From Paraphysomonas bandaiensis (Eukaryota > Protista > Chrysophyceae), in assembly GCA_965644295.1 (NCBI GenBank), contig CBFFRP010000039.1, forward strand, positions 78,915-142,914: 64,000 nucleotides of DNA, written 5' to 3'. Below are positions 10,624 through 20,527 of the stretch, in pieces. The notes beneath the pieces were generated by a model. It was not told where the DNA came from. It searched no databases and was given only the letters and a program-made list of their open reading frames with translations. How positions within the stretch are numbered: the first letter of the stretch is position 1; each line of letters opens with the position of its first letter. The position numbers and the translations under genes are program-made.

Positions 10624-13600
10624 ATGGAAGAACACTTCACTATCGATGGCATGAAGTGTGAGGCGAACTGCGCCTCATCTGTAACCAGAGCAGCTCTATC
10701 AGTTGATGGGGTCTCTCAAGCGTCTGTCGATCTCCCTCATCGTTCTCTTGTTATCACTTACTCTCCTTCTCTTCCTGTATCTCTCACTGATACACGGGCA
10801 GAGGAGGTTGCGATGGCGGTGGAGGAGGCGGGGTATACAGCTCATTGGGGTCGAGGGAAGTGTATCAGATACTTTAAAGTATCGGGGATGTTTTGTGATC
10901 ACTGTAAGGGAACGATTGAGAAAGCTGTTATGGCGATTGATCGTGTTAAAAGGGTTATAGTCGATTTAGACCGACATGTGGCGACTGTTATTATGGAGGA
11001 ACAAGCAGATGTTGCGGCGATATTAGATGCTATTGATTGTGTGGGATATGATGCAGAGCCGTATGAAGGAAGTCGTGATGTTACGCTGTGTATATCGGGC
11101 ATGGTGAGTGGTATCATTTATGTGCAGTATGTTCATTTTTGATATGTGGTTTGATGGAGCAGAAGTGTAAAACCCGATGTGGTAACACTGTTCACAACGC
11201 TCTTCGTCGCCTCCCTGGCGTTGCATGTGTGAAGGTAGATGTAAGTCAGGGTATAGCTCAAGTACGGGGATCTGCTAAGTTTGAGGATATTGCTTCGGCT
11301 GTTGAAGGTGCAGGTGCATTCACTGTTACTTGCTCCCAAAAAGATGAAACCTCGTCCTCAGAAACGACCACTTCTCTTCCAACAACGGGAGATACTGTGC
11401 ACCCTGTTAATCTTGACGAATCGACGGGGCACAGTTTTGGCTCTAGTGTGGGCAATTTGGCGGATAGTCGGACATTGTTTAGTATCAAGGGTATGTCTTG
11501 TGGCGCCTGCGTGGCAGGAATAGAAAGATTACTGTTGGGGCTACCTGGGGTGCAACAAGCGACTGTTGCTTTGTTGACCGAACGTGGCGAAGTTCTCTAT
11601 GATAGCAAGAAGATATCTTGGCAAACGTTGTTGTCGGCGATAGAGGGGGCTGGATATCGAGCTAATCATGTGACTACGAGAAGGTAAATTGTGATACGTT
11701 TCTCGTGACTGCTATATCATATTTCTCCATCAGCAATAGCAGCTCAGACTGTGATGAACGGCGGTTCATGATAACTTCCAGAGCACATGTAGACGTGAAG
11801 AAGGAATGTGAGGGTGTGACAGCTCTACTGGACTCGGGTGGTGTGCTGGAAGTAAGATGGCTGAACGCCAATGATGAAAATATTGACGAGTCAGGAGGAT
11901 CATCTAGCGTGCTAGAGGTCACCTATGACCCGGCAGTTGTTGGTCTTAGGTATATACTAGAGAGTCTAGTTAAGTCGAATCCTCAGTTCAGTGTATCATT
12001 GATGAAGAGAAAGGTGCCTTATTACGAAAATTCTTGTGATACGAAGACCTACGTATTAAATCTTATTGTATTTTTGTGTTGTGTAGGGAGGCGGGGCAGA
12101 GTCGATGGAAGCACAGAATCGAGAAACTGATAAGCTCCTTCGTGACTTAATATTTGCATCTGCCCTAACTGCACCTTTGTCGGTAATGATGTGGACAGGT
12201 ATAAAAATACGTTCATCACCATGTTAATTCTGACGAAGCCTAAGGTGTACTAATGGAGAATGTCATTCCTGGACTGACGTTGATGGACGTTGCCGCAGTG
12301 TTCCTGGCAACTCCTGTCCAGTTTGTCTGCGGGCAGCGCTTCTACAAGGTTTGATGGCATACGTATAGGACCTACACACACTGATATGATACTTTAGGAA
12401 GCGTATCGCGGGCTTTTATCGAGAACACTGGGGATGGGATTTCTTGTTGTTCTAGGAACTACCTGTGCTTATGTCTTTGGATTGATGTCGGTGGTACATA
12501 GTGTTCTTAGGAAGGGCCATGTTCCTTCCTATACTGACAACTTCATGACTTCTGCAATGCTAATATCATTCGTACTTCTGGGAAAATACATGGAATCAAG
12601 AGCAAAGTCGTACACGTAAGCTCCACTATATCTGTCAGTGTTGGGGTGATATCTTCTTGCAGTTCTGTTGCACTTCAGAAGCTGATGGAGAAGCAGCCGA
12701 ACACAGCTATACTACTTTCCACTAAAAGCAAAGGTTCGAAAGAGGGCACAGTTGGCTATGAAGTGATCAGTGAGCGGTCGGTACCATCGGAGCTTCTGTC
12801 TGAGGGTGACCTCGTTAAGGTGGTGCGTGGAATGATTATACCATCAGATGGAGAGGTTGTTCTCGGCGGTGGAGAGGTCAATGAGTCACTCATCACAGGG
12901 GAGGCTCTACCAGTATCTAAGTGTGTGGGTGACGATGTAATTGGTGGCACCCAATTGGTTGAGGGGCTGCTACACATTAGAGTAAGGTCCTTGCCGGAGA
13001 ATTCTGTGCTTAGTCAAATTATAAAACTCGTTGAAAACGCTCAGATGAAAAAAGCCCCGATACAGCGAACAGCAGATTCTATTGCCGGCGTGTTCGCTCT
13101 CTGCGTAATTGGCGCAGCCGTTGCTGTATTTATCATGTGGCACATTTTACTTGCCCATTACCTAGTTCCTCGGTGGATGCTTCCTCAAAACGTGTCGAAT
13201 TTCGTCGTTGCGTTCACTTTTTCTATTAGCACTTTGGTGGTTGCATGTCCTTGTGCGATGGGTCTTGCGACACCTACTGCCATTATGGTAATAGTACTCT
13301 TCTATGTATCGTTTATATATGACCTTTTTTGCAGGTGGGCACCGGTGTTGGTGCAAAATTGGGCATTTTAATAAAGGGAGGTGAAGCATTGGAGACGGCA
13401 AATCGACTTACGACTATTGTTTTTGATAAAACGGGAACGTTGACGATGGTGTGTAATCACTATAAGTATGCTGTAAGTAACAAGCAAAGTAGGGATGCCC
13501 AGACGTGTCCACTATATATCTGCTGAGCTCCAGTGGATCCCACATGGTCAAAGTGCGTGGAAGTAGTGCAGATGGAGTGCAGGCGGTAGGAGAACAGGGT

Positions 13601-15043
13601 CGAGTCGCTGCATCGAGTGCTGAGGACAGCATATATGACATATGCAGCGGTCAGGGTGCATCATCGGTTGTCTTATCCAGTATTGATACGCAAGACCTGA
13701 ATAGTGATGAGTTTATGGACGAGGATGGCTTGCTGTGGATGGTTGCGTCAGCGGAGCTTAACAGTGAACACCTCATAGGACGTGCTATTGTACGACATGC
13801 GCAATCTCGAAAGCATCTACCTCCACTAGAGCACTCGGATGAGGTGTCCGCTACCACCGGGAAGGGTATTAAATGCATGGTGTTGGGTTATGAAGTCATT
13901 GTAGGCTCTCTGAATTTCTTGCGCGAAGAGGATGTTCAGCACTCTCACAACAGCACTTTTGCGAATATGGCGATTGCGGCACAGGAGCAGGGGTCAATTG
14001 TAGTCTTCGCAGCTATAAACGGTTCGATGCGAGGTATGATTCAGCTGGCAGACAAGCCCCGGCCAGAAGCTGCCGACACAGTCGCAGCTCTTCATGCTCT
14101 TGGGAAGAAGGTCTGGATAGTAACCGGGGACAGTATCAGAACGGCAACTTCCCTGGGCGCAATGGTGGGTGTACCCACTTCTAATATCATATCTGAGGCC
14201 CTACCGAGTACCAAGATTCAGCATGTGATGCGCCTTCAGGATGAAGGGGAGTATGTCGGGTTTGTTGGGGACGGTATAAATGATGCACCAGCAGGTACGA
14301 TGATCTCTCGATACTTTTATATTATTAATATATTTCTATGTATTTTTGCTATTCGATGACACGCAGTCGCCCAGGTATCTACTTTGGTTTCATTTTCTTT
14401 TGTCTAATCATGCACAGGCTGATGTTGGGATCGCTATCGGCGGGGGTACGGACGTGGCAATGGAGAGTGCGGACATGGTTCTGATGCGGGCAGATATATT
14501 TAGTGTAGTGACCGCAATCGATCTGTCTCATGCGATTCTGCGATGCATAAGGAGAAATCTCTTTTGGGCATTGGCATACAATGTGGTAGGATTCATTGTT
14601 TTTTACGTGGGCGTTGAGTGGGATAATGCTTGTGAAACTAGGTATCGATTCCTTTAGCGGCTGGACTTTCCCTTCCCATATTCCATACTGTGATACCTCC
14701 GTGGGTTGCAGGCATGGCCATGGCAATGTCATCGGTCTCTGTGGTATTATCATCTCTAAGTTTACTAAGCTACCAACCACCGATTAGACAAAATTCTGTA
14801 GGTGTTCGACCTACAAATGCACCAATGCGCACGCTTGTGAGCAACGTTTCCCCCCAGCCTCAAGTGGACAGTCCTTTTCGACCCAGTGGACTGGAGTCTC
14901 TGTTATCGTTTGCTGGCCCAGTAAGTGATGATTCGAGAGATGGGGTGTACAGTGGTATGGGGATGTTAGAAATGGAAGGAGAACGGACCTCATTATTGGA
15001 GAACCGAAAACACTACGGCTCCACTGACCAATGTAGAATGTAA
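10624..15043 (+). CDS. ATP7: Cu(I)-transporting P1B-type ATPase, multi-exon
   Basis: N-terminal HMA domains ([30 protein letters not shown]), [31 protein letters not shown] and MAMSS motifs. About 11 short GT-AG introns restore the reading frame. Confidence 0.93.
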
Positions 15044-15319
15044 ATTAGAGAAGAGTGTCACTCTACGATAGTTTTAGACTAATCTAAGAAATACGCGTCG
15101 AAAGTATACTCTTTTTTATGACAGTAATGATAATTACAAGCATTTCACTTATGAGTTGCATCATAAGATAATACAATATATGAACTAGAAAAAATAAAAG
15201 TAAATGGCGAATATATATGGACAATATGTATAGATTGTCAAAGTTAATTCATACTTTAGTTATAATTATAAGTTACTGTACTTAACTCAAAGAAAGCCTA
15301 AACATTTTCAACTGACCAT

Positions 15320-15961
15320 ACTCACACCTTCTTCTCGTGGTGTTCTGGGGGATAAGATAACGTGAATCGCATGTATAGTCAGCAGATATCAGATATTGTT
15401 TAGTCCACTCATACCGAAATGCTTGTGTGGTACAAGGGACACTAATAAGGGGCGGCACTTGTGTAGACGTCTTTGGGCCTTGACGAAGTCAATCATCCGG
15501 GAATGGGTCCACCTTAAGGGTAACCGGGGTATTGTGCAGCCTCTAAAATCACGCCTCCGGGCTGTTCACCTTAAGGACTCAAAAATTCTGAAGTCAGTAG
15601 ATGCCAGATATATCAACATTCTGCTTGCTCACTGCGTTTGCTTCGAGTGATAGAGCGAAAGTAGTTGCACCTTGGTGCTTGTGGCGACGTACAAGCAGCT
15701 TCTGTAGCGCTAAATAGTAGAATATGAGAAATTGTACTAGTTACTTACTGATAGAGGTTGATCTAGCTTGACTAGTCTTCATCTAACTACCTATCTGGTG
15801 TCGGTTCTTGACGCCTACTGCTAAAAGTGAGACTTTCACACTGCTTGCGGTGACGCACATGCAGCTTTCATAGTGTTAAATTGTAAGATATCAGAATTAA
15901 GCACTAGTTAGCTAGTTAGTTAAATTGGTTTTGCTACTTTGCTAATAATCAGACATTCACT
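15320..15961 (+). mobile_element. Ribozyme-headed SINE-like retroposon, copy B (slightly 5'-truncated) plus an adjacent 3'-end fragment (15842-15961)
   Basis: Sequence runs cacc..ttctcgtggtgttctgggggataag to gactttcaca. A second 3' end finishes gacattcact. Confidence 0.75.
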
Positions 15962-16944
15962 AGAATATAAACTGTACAATACGTATTTTATTCTGACTTC
16001 CACATAAGTCGTTAAGTTTGTTGCTGAAAACATTCGCTGACAGTATGTTGTTATAGTACAAAATTCTTATTCGGTGCTGACGAGAAAACCATAACTGTGC
16101 AATTTACAGAAAATAACATATAGATATGTTTATAATCTATACTATCGTAATATATGATATCGTAGAACATGACTTCGTAATGTCGACACATAGACGTTGA
16201 CAACAGCATATTGTTGCTACTTGAGGTTGGTGAATGGTCCGGATTTTATAAGGCTAACTATGACTTCGAAATATAATGCACTGCTATAATTCTCTGCCCT
16301 ACGATGGCAAATACAGTCCAACATAAAGTTTCACTCTATTAACCAGCTCCAAGCCCAATGTCTCTATTGAGACTGTGGCTGAGTCACATCAGTGTGCCCA
16401 GGGCCTTTTACACTCCCTTACTGCTGCATTTTGTTGACCACCACGCTTCCGACAAATTACCTGTCACACCATGTTGTACACGCTCCAAGCCCCCCTGCCT
16501 GGCCTTGCAACCTTCACCCTACTCAACTACTTCAGTTAAACCACGTGCCTGCACCAATGCAGCGCTGACCGCACCTACGTGCTATCCCCTCAGCAGACAA
16601 CTTCGTCTCACCCATCGCTTTCTACGGCTACAACCTCTCAGAACATGGCTCGTGCGAGCAGGCTCACGAAAACGACCCCCATGGACCCCCTATGCAATCA
16701 CTGAATACTCTCGATCCCTCTCAACTGTGCAACAGGGCTGCCTTCTGCCGCCCACTCAACCCAACCCAACATGGTTTGTCTGTGGTCCATCCACCCAGCA
16801 GGCTACCCCCTCACCCTGTTCACCTATCACCCCCACAGCCCATCCATCTCATTGGATAGACACTGTATTCCGCATACGGTATACTCGACTACTGTACTAC
16901 TGTGTCCTACAGGATGTATACCATTCCGTGTATACCTCTACTGT

Positions 16945-17087
16945 TGTTGGACACATCACCATGTCCATGTACCTGTCTACCTGTACTGTTGGACACATCA
17001 CCATGTCCATGTACCTGTCTACCTGTACTGTTGGACACATCACCATGTCCATGTACCTGTCTACCTGTACTGTTGGACACATCACCA
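16945..17087 (+). repeat. Perfect 42-bp tandem repeat, 3.4 copies
   Basis: Unit tgttggacacatcaccatgtccatgtacctgtctacctgtac starts at 16945, 16987, 17029 and 17071. Confidence 0.95.
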
Positions 17088-18718
17088 GCTCTCTCTCTCT
17101 GTCCAACACACTCATAACACCACTGCAGTGTCATACACACACACAGTACACTCTACCTCCTCCTAGAAAAACCCCAGACAAACTATCGCCTCTCCCTTAC
17201 TGTGTGACCACGTGGCATTTCCCATGCCCTATCTACGTGGCTATAGTATCACGCTATTGAGTCACATGCATGGTTACATTGACTTTTAGGACCCTATGTT
17301 GGTTTAAGACCCTATATCAGGACCCTATATATTGCTTTAGGACCTTCATTGTGTTCAGGATACATATTATGCAACACCATTTGGACATTGGTAATGTACC
17401 ACAGTGTACCTACATATTGAGCCAACGTTCGGGTATGATGTCCAATTTTTATCTGCTGCTGATGATGTACGACTATGATCTGCTGCTGGTGACTTCGGTC
17501 GATGTGAAACCTGCTGCAAATTTATATCAAAGTTATGTGGGCCCGTATTCCTGTGTAAGCAGTTGCAGTATATACTTCCATATACATACATACATGTATT
17601 ACCCGTACTACCCTATAGGGGGGCAAATACATGTGACCATCACAGGAGAGAAGTCGCTATTGTACACTTGAGGTGCACGAGTGTTTATGCAAGGCTTATT
17701 GGGGTTCGATTGCAAATGTGGTGTGCGTACTATACGTACTATACGTACCGTATTTATGCATTTCCTGGATTAGGGGGTTTTCAGTCTCTGGTAGGGTATA
17801 GATACGTAGTATACGGTGTACTCTCGGCATATGCTGGTGAGCCATTCCCTATCAGGTTGCTGTGTATTTTTCAGTTTTGATTGAAGAGTTACACAACCTG
17901 TGGTGGTGTGATGACACCACGTGTGTTGCACCATGTTAGGAGTGTGTGTGTGTGCATATATGCTTCTATGGTGTTTATCACTTGTTTTAAGTTAAACCAA
18001 AGCTTGGTGCCAGTGAACTTGGGTACCGGCGGTATACCATTGCGCGGTGGCTCTTTGCGGGGGTCACTAACTAAGTTTAGGTCTAGACTTAGAAAAGTGT
18101 TTTAATAATAATACCGTTATTACTGTTCTTTGTTGGTTCAGTGTAGGTGTTGTTGTAGTTTTATTGTCTACGAGCCAACACCCTGGTTATCAAACCGGGT
18201 GTTGTTATAGTAAATATTTACTTTACTGCTCGTACAGAAATTTCTGTCTTTGCGCTGTTGTTTCACACTCTTATAAGAAACTAACTGCGACACGCTTCTT
18301 TGGGCTTGATTCTTTGGGCTTGTTGTCTGTTGCCTTCGGTTGCCGGTTGTTGTTGGTTGTCTGTTGTTCTCTGGGTGTGAGTTGTCAGTAGTCTTTCTCT
18401 AGGCTCTTTGTTCAGTGGTGATTGTTTGATTCACAGTGTGGTGACTGAGGAAATTCGGTTCTTTTCGAAGTCAATCGACCGTGGATACCGCCTGTGTGTT
18501 AACTGTTGTCACTTGTACAAATCCGACGGGTTCAACGGTTTTGAGTGTTGAGTGTTGAGTTTTTGGATTCTTACGCAGGGTTGTCTTTGGGATTTGTCTT
18601 GGTGTGTTGTTGAGTTCTGGGTCAGTGGTTCTAGGAGTTGCCAGGGTTGCTTGTCTCAGTGTGTTAGGGAAAAGTTTGGTGGATATAGTCTTTGAGGCGG
18701 AAGTTCTTCTCATTAACC

Positions 18719-20527
18719 ATGTCTACTCCGACTGGTAAAACGAGGAGAGGCGGCAAGAAAACTCCTGGGAAAGATCAGGAAGCCGCTGGTAGTGGTGAAA
18801 CCAAACAAGATGCTGCTGGAGGTGTGCAGGATGTCGTTCAGGAGTCTTCTGCTCCAAACATCAATCCAAACCAGGAGATTTTGGACACAGTTCGTGCCAT
18901 GTCTCAGTCTTTTACAGAGGTGGCTACTGCAGTGTCTAACCTCAGCAGCAGGATGCAAATATTGGAGAATAGAGTACAAAATGTTGAGGATGGTGAGAGC
19001 AGTCAGTCTCAGGCTTCTGTGGGCTCACATCAGCGGCAAAAGGTTACCAAGCGCACGTCGAAACACAAACGTCAGCCGAGGTATTCCACTCTGGAAAACA
19101 TGGCTAAGTTTCGCATGATTCCTCAGGAAGATAATAGCAACAAGGAGGACGATGGTTCGAATCCCGATGTTGATGGTGATGGTGCTAATGATGTGCCTAC
19201 CCTCATGGATAACATCTTCAAGGGCAAGAAAGCGGGCAAGTTATTCAGGGATTTGAAGAAAAGTTCTGAGGTGGCTAGTGCCAAAACAGTTACCATAACT
19301 AGAGAGGAAAGGAGGTGTCATGTTCGCATCAATGACTTCAAGTTGGGTAAAGTGGCGAAAGCGATCAAAGACATCTTAGAGTTTCAAGAGCAAGAAGAAA
19401 CTGAGGTGCGAATTCAAAAGGTACTTTCAACCAGTTTGAAGGCACATCTGCGGAATGTGTACAGCATCACACATGCGCAGCTAGCACAAATGGATGTTTC
19501 GGATTTGCTTCTCATTGTGGCTCAGGAGACCAAAGTGTTCAATTGCGTGGCATTTTATAATGAACTCAGAGATTCATTGAAACATATCCAAATTATGGAC
19601 TGGAAGTATGTAAATGCTGTGACTTTTGAGGCATTCTATCATCAGCAATTGAACTTGATGCAGTCGTTCCAAACAATGTTGTCTATCATGTTGGTCTCAA
19701 ACAAAACATGGTGTCCTCGTATCGATGACAAAGAGTACGGATTGATAAGACTCTTTAAGACTTTGAATGACGGGACCTATGTTAAGTATGTGTTGGGGTG
19801 CATGTCGACAAATAAATTTGACTCTATGAGCGAATTTTTCAAAGAGTATTCGGCTGTACTCTTGGATCATTATCAAGTAACCATCGCGTACCGACAGTTA
19901 CCTATGGAGTCGACTACGATGTTTCAACAGAAGCACGAGGACTATCTTAAGAGGAGAAAGGAACTATTCTCTCAACAGTCCAACAAACCTTCGTTGAACA
20001 GTCGTGTTGATTCTAAACCAAGGGTTTCGCAAGTGTCACATCTAGATACTTACGATGAGTCTGGAGGAAACTATAACGATGAGTGGGATGATAATGATGG
20101 GTATGTACCCAATGATGATGATTTGTGGGATGCTCCGAGTGAGACTTGGCGGTCCAGTAATCTGGAGGTACATGACGATAAACAAGTCGCTATGATGACA
20201 GATGTGAAACCAATGTCGGGTAATGACGCAGCAGTTGATGAGGAGCGTCGTTTTAACTCTGATAGGTCTCTGTCAGCCATGCATGCTAGACCAACTGGTG
20301 CTCAGAATAATAAGACCGATAAGTATGGGTGTCTAAGAAAAATCATGTATGGCAAGTGCGACAAAACAGACTGTCCTTATAATCATAATGCGAAATGTCT
20401 GTTGGATTCTGCGTCCGAAATGCGGGACAAGATCGATGCGTATCTTAAGTCTGCGGGAAGTTCGGAGCAGAGGGACAAACAACCGACCATCTTGAGGAGG
20501 GATCACTTCGGTGATTCCCGCCCTTGA
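18719..20527 (+). CDS. gag: Gag-like protein with a C-terminal CCCH zinc finger
   Basis: ~600-aa ORF directly upstream of pol, with an N-terminal coiled-coil-like segment and C-x8-C-x4-C-x3-H at 20330-20386. Confidence 0.8.
   Translation: MSTPTGKTRRGGKKTPGKDQEAAGSGETKQDAAGGVQDVVQESSAPNINPNQEILDTVRAMSQSFTEVATAVSNLSSRMQILENRVQNVEDGESSQSQASVGSHQRQKVTKRTSKHKRQPRYSTLENMAKFRMIPQEDNSNKEDDGSNPDVDGDGANDVPTLMDNIFKGKKAGKLFRDLKKSSEVASAKTVTITREERRCHVRINDFKLGKVAKAIKDILEFQEQEETEVRIQKVLSTSLKAHLRNVYSITHAQLAQMDVSDLLLIVAQETKVFNCVAFYNELRDSLKHIQIMDWKYVNAVTFEAFYHQQLNLMQSFQTMLSIMLVSNKTWCPRIDDKEYGLIRLFKTLNDGTYVKYVLGCMSTNKFDSMSEFFKEYSAVLLDHYQVTIAYRQLPMESTTMFQQKHEDYLKRRKELFSQQSNKPSLNSRVDSKPRVSQVSHLDTYDESGGNYNDEWDDNDGYVPNDDDLWDAPSETWRSSNLEVHDDKQVAMMTDVKPMSGNDAAVDEERRFNSDRSLSAMHARPTGAQNNKTDKYGCLRKIMYGKCDKTDCPYNHNAKCLLDSASEMRDKIDAYLKSAGSSEQRDKQPTILRRDHFGDSRP

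Noticed and set aside
16945-17087. CRISPR-like array (also 62773-62857)
   Set aside because: Units are contiguous and identical with no spacers; these are plain minisatellites
16358-17260. 300-aa ORF upstream of the retroelement
   Set aside because: C-rich composition and a stop-free 42-bp array explain its length; no recognisable domain
18445-18475. Hammerhead-like CUGAGGA in the gag leader, and CUGACGA in the retroposon body
   Set aside because: No correctly placed GAAA, stem III or NUH site
20525-20527. Selenocysteine or genome-wide UGA reassignment
   Set aside because: No redox motif context, no recognisable SECIS, and no other in-frame TGA in long exons
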